The notes beneath the pieces are model-generated. The model did not search any database and had not been told where the DNA came from. It was given only the letters and a program-made list of their open reading frames with translations. The position numbers were made by a program, and so were the translations under genes. DNA of 64,000 bases from Raillietiella orientalis (lineage: Eukaryota). The DNA is taken from NCBI GenBank assembly GCA_036172245.1, contig JAYWIR010000019.1:186001-250000 (forward strand), in the 5' to 3' direction. Shown one piece after another: positions 11,616 to 25,123 of this stretch; positions within the stretch are counted from its first letter, which is position 1, and every line of letters starts with the position of its first letter.

Positions 11616-14600
11616 GCTTTCACAACAGCGAGCGTGCACTACAGATCATTGATTTACGAAAACGCACAACTCGAAAACTGGATTCGTCATCATTTTCCGT
11701 TTGTTTTTTTCCTTGGGGTGGGGTGGGGTTGGGGGGTGGGAAGGGGTGGTGGTGGTGGCGGACATGGATGGCTTTACATACTGTGAAGGTACAGCTTCGC
11801 CAGCGAAAAATTCAACTGGAAAGTTTCTGACCACCACGGAGCGCTCCCCGCTTTTTTTTTTTTTTTTACCTTGCAGCGGCCGTCACAGAGGACCCCTGAA
11901 ACCGCAAACTACCACACATGCCTCAAGACTTCATCTTGCCGCATCCCTTTTCCAGAAGGAACCCCACAATCCTTGCCTGCAGGGCACGCAGGTCCGCTCG
12001 CTTCACTCCCCTTCTCCAACCAGAGGGTTCGCCCAAATGCCGGCGACTTCCATGTCGCCTCCACTGCAGTGAACTGCGCACAGGGATCCCACGGGCGGCT
12101 GCGCAGCATGCGGATGCACCTCCGAAACCAAATTGGGATCCTGAAACGAATTCTTCGATTTTCCGGCAAAAAAAAAAAAGACTAAAAAAAAAAGCACGAA
12201 CCCTTTTCGTTCCCCAAATATTGTTTTTGGGGACTTTCGATTTCGACCGCTGCTGTGCGGTTCGTTAGGAGGTGAGGCACCACTGCAGCATTTCCTGCTT
12301 ATTCGCATCGACTCTGCTCTTTTGATCAAAAGAATACATACCGAAAGATACACCTGCAGCATCCTGGATCATTTTTGATTGCGTCATTTTCTTTACGTGT
12401 ACGCTGTACGAAAATGAGAGGCGATGTTCATTCGAGGCAGTGTTCTCTGGAGGCAACGTTCAGATCACAACCGATGCACTTCAACGTCGTCCACTTTATT
12501 TGCAAGAGTTCTTACATTCGTTCCCCCCGCCCACCCCCGCCTCCACCCTCTCTTTTTTTCCCCCCTTTCTTTTCGGATTACTGTCTATAGCTTGGAGGTC
12601 TTCCTGAAGCCTACCCTTTTGATTAGGGCTCGTAATAACGTCGTTGCGGAGGTCTTCAGGTAGCTGCTTACCGGGGTTTCACTGCTCCTTCTAGCTTCTA
12701 ATGCAAAGGGACACCAAATAACAAATTCGTTAAAGAAACAATATCTCACGAACCCAACAAATAAGATGCACAAAGGATTTCCATTTAGCAATGCTTTTGA
12801 AATCCTTGAAGAAACGGGGAACCTGAAACGCCGCCAGATGAAAATTGAATCGTGAACAGTCGGAATGTGCCTCGTAATTTGGAGAGACTTGTGCTCTCGT
12901 GACGTGAACCCAATTTTCTTTCATTTGGAGGGGGAAGGGGGGGGGGGCGGATGGTGTCCAACATCTCATTCCTAGAAGCGATCTTCAAACACTTGAAACG
13001 TGATTCTTCTTACCATAGTGCCGTTGGTACATACTAAGCATTAATGGGTGAAACAAGATTGCGTCTAAGGTATATAAATAGTTGCATAATACATCCTGAC
13101 AAATCGTTTCCACAATAACTATTCTGCTAACTGAGACGATGAAACGTAAAACTTTCCAAGAACTGTTTATTGATTATGCATTTGAAAAACTCCTTGAAAC
13201 TGAATAATAATAGAGATTTTCTCATCACGGGATTATTCTTAGCACACCCACAAGAAAACTATCACAACTGCAAGGCTATGGTTTGTTCATGAGACTCTTT
13301 TGCTTCTCTAATGCTCCCACAGCCAAGCAGGTGAACCAAATTTTGCATTTGTTCATGGAGCACTGCCATTCACGAAACCAGAGAGTCTACAGAATAGGTT
13401 TCGTTGTTATTTATCTCATCTCACATATCTATCTAATCTTTAGTTTATTCTTATAATACATGTTTCTGCTATTTGCAGAGTGGATGAATCCGTGAATAAA
13501 AGAATTGCATTATCCACTCAATAATGAAGTCCATGAAATGCTTTCCTCTGTGTTGAATATTTCAGCTTCCTGGAAAGCCATTGCTTGTAAAGGGTGGCTG
13601 TAATGGTTCCAAGTATTTATTCGTATTCTCCGGTCCTATTTTTAAAACGATGGGAAGGCTCAGAGTTTTCTCAAAGGAGATTAGTTGCTGCTCAGCTAAT
13701 CAAAAAAATGAAAACATTGAGGGACAATACATTCAATCTCCCTTCAAGTTCGTTTCTGTGATGTACGAAAGCTATCAGCTGCCCCTTTCTGCAGAGAAAT
13801 GAAGAGAATAATATCTCCAGTTATAAATGAAAGCTATGATGAAATGGTAATACCTTTCGGATTAATTTGAGATTTCATCACTTGGTACTTTGACAAAGCT
13901 ACTGTAACATTGGCAATCTGGATTGTTTCAGTTTTAGTTAGTTTAGATGGTTGAGGGGTTCCATTTTCTCTCTACCAATAACGTGTTATCTATAGCTCCA
14001 TTTAAAGAGTTTTCAGTGGCAACCACTAGAAATGCAATAGATGAATTCCGTGGATTTTATGAAAGATACTTAGGGTTGAAATTTGGAAACTGGCTTCATA
14101 TTTCGATTGCTATTGACCATGAAACCCCCAAGCGTACTGACCAGAGAGCTTGTAGACGTGAATGAAAGTGTGGATCAAAAGCGGTAGCAGATTCTAGATT
14201 TCCGTGTATTCAAAGAGATTTGTAGTGCTTGAAGAAGAATGCAAATTGGGTTTGCAGCTCATAATGGAGTCAGTCTGAAATGCAATGATCACCCTCATGA
14301 GTCAGTCGATGAATTGGCTGATGGTTTTGCCAACTTTAGGTACCATTTAAATATTGAAGAAATGGGGCTACATCAGCGCCCGTGTGATACATTTTCCTTG
14401 AATTGATTTTCGAGAGGCTATCTGAATCCTCGGCAGCAAACCTAGCTATATTTTGTTCACAGCACAAAGCTTTTTGTATGAAAAGTCTTATTTTGATTCG
14501 GTTCCAAAATGTACTGTCGACCTCCTAGAAAATCGAGTCAAAACTCTGCCTCTCGAAATATTTGCTCAAAACATCCAGGTGCCAGCCTCATGACCTTTAG

Positions 14601-15899
14601 TCGTTGCGTTTACTCAAAACTTTCCTTCAAATCCTCTGCTCTGCCCCAGGACCGCCAAATGCTGTCCACTTGACTCACAGCAACAGCATACTCGAACCTC
14701 ATTACATCCAACATTTATGCAGAGTTGCTTCAATGTATTGCTTCCATGTAACCCTCTGGCATTAATACATTCCAGTTTGCATTTATATCGATTTAGAATT
14801 GATGCCATATTAGAAAAGTAAAAAATTTGCAGCTTCACTTTGCAAGAAATTGCCATTCGGGATTCTGCATAACAACATCATTAAGTGAACCTTGCTGGAA
14901 TACCATTCCATTCGGAGCTCAGTAAGAACTGTTCTTCCGGAGTAAGATGAAAGATCGGTGGGGAAAAAGCCGGGGGAAATTTTGAAAATCTTGGGAAACC
15001 TGAGCGCTCCGTGTAAGCTCGAGCGAAAGCTTGTGTGTATCTTGAAGCGGCTGCCTAGAAAAGCACTAAGTCTTGTAGATAGGGCGTTCCAGAAGTGAAA
15101 GAGCACCGACACCGTCAAAATCCTCTTTGCACTTTATGGACGGATACACCTCTCATGCAGGAGCAACGTAGTACCACTACCTCGGATGTAGGTGATACAA
15201 AATCACTCTGGATGCAGTCACTACAAATGTACTGCACATGAGCTCACTCTAGCCCTTGGGCGCAGTCCGACCCTGCCACAGCACTGCTCTGACTACGAAA
15301 TCCGTACGATCTTTCCGATGAAACTGGTGACTTGGAGTCGGGTTCCGCGCGCTGAGGAAAACCAAGGTTTATCACAGCATCTCCGGCAAGGAAACACCTG
15401 AAAGAGGCAGAAGTGAATCCTCTCCAGAGCTCTTCGAGCGCAGTAGGCTCTCGAAGAGCTCTCCAATTCGAGGGAATCAGGGAGTCACGTGAGATAATCA
15501 ACAGATAAGGATCCTGCTTATCTTGATTGAACTCCACGTCTATTCAGAAATTGTGTGAAATCATTCGAAATCAAGAATGGAGACGCAATCCACATTTCTG
15601 GTAGCTTCGGGAATTTACTGCTACGTGCAAAGTGAGCGGAAGCGAATGAGATAATTTCCACCTCTGATTTTTTTTTTTTTGCCGTTCTCTATTTTATTCG
15701 TCCGCCGCGTCGTCCGGCTTCCGCGAGGTCGGGTCGTCGCTTCGTGACTCCGGGGTCCGAGGCCATCTCAAGACCCCGGGATGGACTAGAGTGCAGGGAG
15801 TGGTCTCATGGGAAGGCGGGGGGTCTTGCCTGCCCGCCTTCCGCCGGGATCACGTCTCCCTGTCCGCACGGAGCCGGGTCATGTCCGGCGGCAGGAGGC

Positions 15900-16213
15900 T
15901 GGTCTTAACCTTCAGCTACATCCACTTGTGTGATTCCAGGTTGCACCGGGTCAGGGCCATCCCGCGGCGGACATTTGCTCCGTACCACCAGCCGCCCACG
16001 TAGTGCCTTGCACAATGCTCTCTGCTGGCATCGTTGTCCCGGTCGGGGATGCATCCCCTCGTGGTGGCAAGAGGGCGTCGGAGGCGTTCCCGGAGTACCG
16101 CCCAATGGTCAGGCGGCAGTTGCCCGCGGAGGGCGGTGCCACTCGGAGCCGGTTGTAGCGGGCGTGCGCGGACGCACCTTCGGCGTCCCAGAGTTCGAAG
16201 AGGAACGAGTTCT
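15900..16213 (-). pseudogene. Fibrinogen-related domain (FReD) C-terminal fragment, scabrous/ficolin/techylectin-like, frameshifted
   Basis: Across a frameshift it reads FELWDAEGASAHARYNRLRV...RLTIGRYSGNASDAL / HHEGMH.DRDNDASREHCARHYVGGWWYG...GMALTRCNLESHKWM*, matching the FReD signature YSGxAGDAL..H.GM.FST.DRDND...CA....GGWWY. No N-terminal part was found. Confidence 0.8.
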
Positions 16214-18954
16214 TGATGATGACGAATTCGCCTTTGATGATGAATGCAAAGCGGAGGTGGGCAAAGCGAGAGGGGAACTGATATTTTGCAGATGACGAAA
16301 TAAAAGGATGAAATCTCGATCAGGAAAGTCGGCAAGGAAGCCTTTCTGCGGAACTGTTTACAAATTGTGTGATGAGAACCACCCTTAACACCAGCATCCC
16401 TTGAGTTTATCAAAAGAGCATCGTTTGGAATTCGTGATCCTTCAATGATAAACGTACCGTTAAAGCCGTTGATTGACTTCTCCAGAATTTCCGCGGAATT
16501 TCCAACTTGATTCGATGAAGACGAATTTTCTTTCACGAGCCCTGCTGTCTGCCGTTCAGGTTCAAAGCTGACCAGGGTGCACGAATGCCGTTCTCTCCTT
16601 CATCTGCGATTATGCGATTTAGAACGTATTTGCTGCCTTGGGACGGAAGCAGGCATAGGAATTCCTTTGTGGAATAGACAAAATTTAGATAGATAGCTTT
16701 CCATTCCCATAAAGCTTTGAAAAGGATCGAAAGAATCGTGTACCGCCGTGTTTTCAGAAAGAGCCGCTTCCATCTCAATCATGCATGCTGCAAGTTGGAA
16801 GGAAATCTGGCCGCTCTGTTATGACCGTTTTGAGTGTATTTTCTTCCATGGTGCTCGATTATTTGCTCCTTTTCTTTTTTTTTCTCAGGGTTCGAACGGC
16901 ATCAGCTCATCTGTGACCTGGAACCTCAAAATTTTCTATAAAGATGTGCGGACGGAGCCAGGAAACGAGAAGACGACAATCAGAAACACTTTTTGTTTGT
17001 TCATCATGAGTAAAAACGTGTTAGGAATGCAAAAGTAAATGAAAAAGGGATAAATAAACAAAGAAGCAACGAATCATTCCTCACTACTTTCATTTTCTCA
17101 TTGACGATTTGGGAAATGGCACTTTTTTCTTTTACCCATAGGTTTTTTTTTACCCATCTTGTCCTCAGCTTTATTCCCAAGGTCTTGAGTGTTGTGTTCG
17201 CTGAACCAGAAAACCCGAGATCCCCTTTGAGCGCACACCAACCCCCCGTACAACGCAGATGTGTACATTTCCTCGAAAGTCGCAGGATGCAATGGTGAAG
17301 ATCCTCGTATAACTCGGCGGCGCCCAATGCTGTCCGAAAGTTTTCAGTCTCATTTTAGATTCTCAATCGAAGGTACTAGGAAATATGCACTTCGAATACA
17401 GAATTTTACAAAGATAGATCGACACACGTACCATATTCATAGCTTGCGCCTTTCTCAAAATCACATTTACTTCCTCTTGCAAGTCTAACCATCCTGTTAA
17501 ATTCGGCCGTCCTATTTCAGTGTCCTTAGGTCAGTGATGTTAATTAATGCTCCAAATGGTGCACCATGAGAATGAAAATGATATCTCTGAAAGAAAATCA
17601 TGTCTAGTGATGTTAATGGATAGAGATGCAGCTTGAACTTTTAAAAACAGTCATAGCTCTGAATGTTCCTCGATAGCAAGATAGTTTATCATCTGACCGT
17701 TTGAAGATGTCCTCAAGATTTTTGTTCGCCGTGCTTCAGGGGTGAGAAAACTTATTAGAGGAATAATCTCGGACAGTCATAATTTGGTTGGTTCCCATTT
17801 GTGTTGGTTCCATCTACACTCACTTAATGGATGTAATAGGATCCTCAACCAAAAGGGATGTGTGGATGCCAAAACCACCTTGCAAATAAAAGACTACATG
17901 AAACGAATGTGACATATGCTCAGGCAAATATAACAGCGGATAGGAATCCCTATGATAGAGGACGGTGACTCATCCAATGTTTGCTGCACATTTCTCTGTA
18001 ATTCTGAATGTTCAAGCACGTCATCTCCTTTCCCCTGTGCCTCTCCTGCTTCTGTTTTCAGTTCCCTCAATATTTCATCCTTTCTCGGATACCACGACGG
18101 TTGCTTTGTACATAGAGGAGAAGTGTGGAGTCGGCTCTCGATTCTTCTCCTCCTGTCTTGCCTCTTGCTTTGATGAGTGTTCGCAAGGGCAAGCGACTTC
18201 CTTCTCTTTGAGCACGAAACCTGGTTATAACTTCGAGTTCGTTCCCAGACTGGTCTGCTGGTCGCTACAAACCCCCAGTGTTTCAGGGTAGCTTCTGGAT
18301 TTGGGTCACTCCTCAGTTTCATCGTAGGGCCTCTCGGTTTCATTGTCTGGTTGCGGCCTAGTGACTCTTCCCATCTCCCGCATCTTCTGCACAAGGATCA
18401 GGGCTGTTCAGTCCCCGAATACTCATACCCCTTGATTTGGCCTCGATTCTTCCTGACGCTTGCCTTCCCGCGGTCCAGATGCTTCTGATGTCTCCACTGG
18501 GTTTGCACCTCCTTCCGTCCTTCGCCCCTGGAAAAAAATGCCCATCACCATCCAGCTGTCTTTGACCTGAATCAACCCGTCTGTGCAAGCATGTAGTAGC
18601 TATTCGTTGGTGCCGGGTAATCATGGCTAGAAAGACCGAGGCTCATTCTGTGTTGCAAGGGAACCACTGAATTGCCAGAGTGGGACACATCACAGTAGCA
18701 TGGTGTGCCTCTGCTTTCAGGCTTGGGGTTTGAAACAAATGAATGCAAATTATCAACGTGAAACCTTTCACGTTAAAATCAAATTTTCATCAGAAGTGTG
18801 TTTGAGAAGCCCTGGAGAATAATCTCACAATCATAAAAAATATTTGATTGGTGATGTAGATTTGCAGGGTGGATTTGCAGCAATCATGAATGGCTCAGTT
18901 ACTTTGGGGACCCTTATGATCCTGACCGAGAGATGATTGATAACGAATTAAGCA

Positions 18955-18996
18955 CAGCAACAAAAAAGTGCTTTATAAAGCACTTTTTTGTTGCTG
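18955..18996. repeat. Perfect 42-bp palindrome
   Basis: CAGCAACAAAAAAGTGCTTTA followed directly by its reverse complement TAAAGCACTTTTTTGTTGCTG. Confidence 0.95.
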
Positions 18997-21939
18997 CGCC
19001 TAACAGTTGGTTCTGAAGCGTAGGTCGGTTTTTTTTACCAATGCTGCTGGGAATGGTCACCAGCTATGCCCATAAAATTTAATGAATTCATTTAATAAGG
19101 TGAGTCCATATTTCATTAGCCCATTTCAGAGCATAACTAGTGAATCAACAGTGATTGGTTTGCTGTTTCATAACTGGAAATGGAAGTATGCACAGAGGAT
19201 TTCTTCAAATTTGGAATATGATATCCATCACAAATGCTATGAAGCAGCCAATGCTTCATCCGAATTCATATGCCAATCTAATTAAGAAAAACAACATTCT
19301 TGTGCAAGTGTTTTTCTCTGATTTCGAAAGTCACGGTTATAAATATTGTGTAAGTTCAAAATTGGATTGTGTTTTTGGATTGGGAGAGTGCTGAACATGA
19401 ACAATAAAAGTAGATTTCATAAGACTGAGGTGTTTTCCCATTTACAATTAGTGATTCTGTAATTTGTGTGCCATTAAAATATGCCTACATTCTTAGTGTA
19501 CATTAAGATTTATGTTAATTTTTCCTAGCAAACTTGAAATTTCAGCGAGGAAATCAATGGTCAACTCAATTTCAGTGTAGCACTGGAATTTAATTTTTAC
19601 TATTTTAAGCCTTCAAACTTACTATGTAATTTCAAACCTATGTTTCCCATTTAAAATTCAACAAGCATCGTTGCTCCTAAGCATAAGGATTTCATTTCTT
19701 ATACACCACTGAGAAATGCATGCATTATGTACATACTAGAACATTCAGGCACACTTCTCTGGAACTCCATAAGATGTTTTTATAACATCAGCAAATTTTT
19801 TTTAAATGCAGTTATGATGCAGAAGGACTGCAAAAAAAATTGCTTTGGTATCAATCCATGTGTTCCAGAGAAGCACGCTTTTTGTTAATGAGAATGCTGC
19901 TTTTTCTAGTCTTTTGTCTTTCAATGACTATCATCACACAGATTTCTGTGTTTGCAGTTTTTAGAATTAGCATTTGATAATCAAACTCTAAATATTTAAA
20001 TGATGCCATTTTGTGACTGTTGAAGATGAAGAATATAGTCAGAAAGCATACAGTTTTAGCATGTATGTATGCTTGTTTTTGCAGTCATGCAATCAGAAAA
20101 CAATGCAAACAAAACATAAGAAAATTGTACAGTAATGTACAGCTTTCTTATGCTGCACTAATGGGTTATTCATTCATCTCGAGGCAACATTCAGGTTGTA
20201 TGATTATTTTTATTTGTTTTTCCGCCCATGCAAGTTTTTGCCTAGGCATTTCCAAATTGACAATAGTTGTGGAAAAACAAGACCAGTTAAATGCAAATTT
20301 GGGCATTTAAAGATCTTTGGCAGGTAGTTTTGATGGTGAATTTAAGTATTTAAGAATTGTATAAGTATTGTATTCATTGTCACATTGACTCTTAAATTAT
20401 TTATTTAAAGATTTGAATCATTTTAAGCATTCGTATTTAGGTTTGAAGCTGCCTAGAATGCGATCTTCAAATATATTTGGCAGTAGAAAATGTTTGATGT
20501 ACATTCACCCAGAGCTTCTTGTACATGTTCATATATCCCATACGTTAACCACTAATGTTCGGCCGGAGCTTCTTGATGTTGTGCAACATCAGTGCAGAAT
20601 ATTGCTGGGATGATTGGAATTATTGACCTTTTCTGTGGTAAAAATCTCTTGGACAATCTGTTTTTCCTAGTGACTGCAATGATATGTTAGCTATAAATTC
20701 ATCCATCCTTCCTGCATGCAAAACACAAATTTAGAGCAGTTAGGGCAGACAATTAGAAACCGATCTCAAGTTTTTGAAAGTTCAAATTCAAGACCATGTG
20801 TTCTTTTCCAAATTTTCCATTTTTGTCAAGGTATTTTAGCCATATGGTGCTAAGGACGCTATTTTCAGATTCTGCAGTTGAGGGAGCATACACTTTTCCA
20901 TTTTGTTGTTTTGAAGTTCGTTAATTGAAAAGCCAAATTCAAAAAGTGATAGCAGTGGAATTCCAATTCAAACGATATGTAAAGTCCCAAATGTATTTCT
21001 TCTATGGTATGGACTTTCACATCATAGTTTGAAAATGCAATCTCCCCCAAAGCCATTTATGTTCATTTTGAAGGCTATCCAATTGCATTTCCAAACTGTT
21101 GCATGAATCAAATGCACGAAAGGAAAGCAATTTCCAAAATGTATTTTTTTTTTTATATATATAACTGTCCACTCTAATTGGAAGAGTCGATGGAAAATAC
21201 AAACGGCCGCACCATGAATCTCATTATGGGGTTTCAGAAGATTTCAGACCTAAGCTGAGATGCATTTCTCTTTGGTGTATTGCAAATCCCTTTTTGCAGT
21301 TAACTGTTGCATATGGATTCACGCTGCTCATGTACGAGTCAACAGGGACGATCTCAGTTGCTATGCCATCTCCTGCTAGGTTGCAGCTTGTGAAGTAGCA
21401 ACGTCCCTTCATGTACAGGAACTTGCAAAGGAATTATCTTCATTGTACATCCTTCCATATTTCTGATCCAGCATGTGGCTGTGCGGTCACACGGTAATAG
21501 TAGGCAAATAGTCTTCCATGAATACAACGACTGGCCCATGGGGCATGTCTACTCATTCGTATACTTCCCGTACAGAGTTTTCGTTCTATTCTCTTAAAAG
21601 CTCAACGACATCTCTTTTTGAGACAGCCGCATGTGTGAATTTTTCGTCTGTTTTCATAGAATTGGTGGCTCGAGTCCTGACGAACTCCTGGAAGATTGGT
21701 TGCAGCCAGGTCATCATTGTATATTCTGGTACGTTACACTTGCCTGTTGGATATGACCTCTTAGGAAAGTGAACCTGAAATGTCCTTATCAATGGTGTTT
21801 GTCACCAGTTGATGCTGTTTCGTGGTCCACGACGGCGAAGTGAAATTAATCGGCAAGTTAATTTTGACAATGGTTTCATCCTTTGGGGAAGAACTGTAGT
21901 ACGTAAGGCCACTGCCTTAAGTAGTGACCGTTGCGTAGG

Positions 21940-24790
21940 AAGCTTAGAGCATTGCCACTTGCCTGGTGAGCGAGCCTTTGTTCTTTGTGGAAAGCCATTA
22001 AGAGAAAGCTCCTTGTCTGCTCTACCCCAAATGCAGTCTCCATCCGCGGGATTGTGGCGAAGTGGAGCGAAGCCAACAGAGGACCAGACGAGAGGGACGC
22101 CATCCAGCTTGCAGGCCGATTCCTAAGGATCGCGGTGAGATGCTGCCCCCCTCGGGCATTATTCGGACGGACCTAGCCAGAATCCTGGAGAGGATGTAGA
22201 AGACTCCTTCCAGTGGAAAATATTCTAATTTTCTTTTATTTATTCTTTAATTTCTTTTTCTTTTTGTTTTTTCTTCTCATCACAGCTGTCGAGATGAACC
22301 CAGACAGTCTTCGTGACGGCAACCCGGCAGTTCCTTGTAAAACAGGTCGTTGTGGGGCTGCTTGCCTTACCACGATAATTGTGAGTTTTCTTGTTTTCTA
22401 ATAGACGTCCAGGCGTGAGCGGGTGGCAACCCCAAATGCAGTAGGGGATCTGTTTCACCAAACTAATCGCAAGTCGAGCACACAGTTCGAACTTCCGGGA
22501 AACAATGGCAGGCGGGACAACTGTCTTCCTTGCAGCGAACACATGTTGACCTGCGCTTCTCATAGCTGTGGTTGCTCGGTTCGTTGATGCTTAGCCTGTC
22601 TCAACGCAAGAAGTAGTGAGAATAGAGGTACATCCCTTCTGGCACCTCTCCACATCTGCTAGTGGTGACATCTGTGCTGGTCGGGCTTGCTGCAATTCCG
22701 GCATTCATGTCATCCGCTGATCCACTTCCGCTCTCCCATGGCTGCCCTAATGAAGAAAATGTCGCAGGAGTTGGCGCTGACGGCCCTGCGTTGGGGAAGT
22801 CCATGCAAAGAGCGCCTGGCTCACTGGACCCGGGAAAGTGAGGGTGCGGACAAAAGGAGATTCTCCCACATCTGCTTCTAGACTGTGCTGCCCTTCGACC
22901 CCTTCGGGATGACAACGACCCTTGAAACCACGGACCCCGGCAAGCGACCCCAGGGGCATTTCGAAACGCCTCTCCGTGCTTGCTGCGCGGCCGCGTCCCT
23001 TGCTGTTCTCTGTTGCCTTCGCAAAATGAAACGCAGCAAGAAGAGGTCAGAATGGAAGGTACTCCAAACGTCAGTCGAGAATATTCCCAAGGACCTTCAC
23101 GAGATGACACCAACCAGAAAACATCCGGAACTATCTCGTCAGCAACCTGGACAGGATGCAGAGGACGCTTGGCAGCGAACTGTGATCTGTGTACGAGGAA
23201 AGACCAAGGACCTTACCACAAAGTGTGAATTTATCAATTTATATTATGAATGCCCCTGCGAATCTGAGTGAAAAACAAGACACCCATCCGTCCAGCCATC
23301 CACTGCCGCCGCTTTCGACGATGCGCTTGCCCAGTCGACCTCGCTCGCAGTCAACTCATGTCCCCCCTTCCCCCCCCCTTCCATCGTTACTTCATCTTTA
23401 TAGCTTCGTTGCGATGGTTCACCAGGTGAGGATGAGTAGCGACCTCAACCTGACCGCTCTCTTTGTTCCCGGGGACTGTCTCGAGCTTACGGCGTTTCGC
23501 CAGCTCTACGTGAGATCGAATTCGCTTCCACTCTGCGCACTCCAGCCGGGCGTCAACCTGTTCCCTGATGCCAGTCCATTCTTCTGCGCCCTTGACCCCT
23601 TCCGCACGCGACCCTGCGTGCGAAGCGAGGCTGTTCGCTTTCCCGACGGGGGGTGGTTGGCAGTTTTGGGCCGAGATCCCGCTGCCCTACTCTGCGTTTC
23701 CTCTGGTCCAGCATTCCTCTTCCGCCTCCCGCGCGTGGGCGACAGATGGGGTCCACCTCTGTTAGTGGCTCGGCCAGGTATAGGCGCTTTCCGGGACACG
23801 AGTCTCCTGATCCAAGAGCTCGTCACCGGCTTCATCCGAATCGTTCCCTCAGATTTCTCTCCCACTTCCGGGGTTCCCCGGGCGATCAGTGTCGCGGTGT
23901 GGAACGCCTTCGTGCTCTTTCTCCTCGGCCCCTTGCTTTTTGTTTGGCCCCTCCGTGCAGCATCAGAAAGCGGACGAAAAGCCTGTCCTTCGGATCGCCC
24001 TCTAGGACAATGGGAGGTTCCGAGTCCAACTGAAGGACTAATGTGCTCCGCTCCGGGACGTCGGCCTCGGCCTCCTGATGCTGGAGCGTATGCAGCTCAT
24101 GACAAAGCTATGGAGCACCATCTGGACGAGAAGACGTGCCAAACTGCACGTCTTCTCGCCCAGCGAGTCACCGGCAGCGCGGGGCTCGCGTTCTTCCTTG
24201 CGCGCCGTCCACGCAGTCTCATCCACTGCGGAATGCACCTTCGGCAGGTGGCCGCGCTGGCGAGGAAAAACGGATGGATCTCGCGCCGCCCCGCGAACGG
24301 AAGTGCCTGGTTGAAGGAAACCGTTCTCACGTGGGCGACGATCCAGGAGCCAAGCGCGTAACAGGGGCGACGTTCCCTGTACGCGCGCAACAACAACTGC
24401 ACGCTCCGGGAGATCCTGGAAGATCCCTCGAAGAGTGCATGGGCAAGCAGAACCTCTCTCGCCGCTGCTTTGTCCTCCCTTAGGGAGCATCTGGACAGCA
24501 GTCTTACGGCCAGATGGCAGAATACTGTGGAAATCTCCGGGAGGAGAAGAGGACTGGGCGAGTTGATGACGGTCGGCTCACCGACGCTGCCACCCCGAGT
24601 GCTCGACCTCATGGACTTTTGCTCTGGGAGGTGCTACTGGGTATTCCGGAGGGAGACCTGCAGTGGCTCCCGGTGCTCACGAACACCCACATCCTCCCCT
24701 TAAAGCGGCATCAGTCGGCGTTGATGCTGCTGCACTGGAGCCTCCCCTGCAACACCCGCCGGCACGCTGCTAAAATGCCCGCCGGCTAAT
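21940..24790 (+). mobile_element. Head-to-tail cluster of three diverged, 5'-truncated LINE-like copies (family A)
   Basis: Shared segments with other copies (RDAIxxAxxF-like coding remnant, AGGATG(C/T)AGAGGACG block, T-rich tract, terminal motif). Termini at ~22400-22430 and ~23246-23276; the third copy is interrupted at ~24790. Confidence 0.6.
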
Positions 24791-25123
24791 ATAGCTAACT
24801 TTACGGTATAGTAAAATTACTTTAAATAAAAGGTCGAACAGCATACGAGGTAGACCAATTGATTGCAAAGAAACTTGTTCTCACGGCCTTTGGTTTTGGT
24901 TGCGGGAAGTGGTTGTGTTATTTAAGTTATTAACGAAATATTTTGCTAAATTAATATTAGCTTACTTGCGGAAGAATTAAGGCTAGCTTATGACAAAAAA
25001 ACAGAATTTAAAAGCAAACAGAAGAGCTTATATTGAGCCTATTAAGGAACTTCTGTCAAAAATTACTTTGGGTTACAAAATTTTTCTAAAATAGTGATTG
25101 ACAAGTTTTCAGGGTAGAGTAAT

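Noticed and set aside
13450..15150. Coding-looking AT-rich region (possible receptor or viral remnant)
   Set aside because: Only short interrupted ORFs, with no motif I can assign with confidence. BLASTX would be needed.
17880..18650. Possible Gag/ORF1 zinc knuckle (RCYICLSICH)
   Set aside because: A single imperfect motif with no supporting neighbours.
23189..24361. 390-aa ORF as a novel gene
   Set aside because: It lies in GC-rich LINE-derived sequence with overlapping ORFs in several frames and has no recognisable domain.
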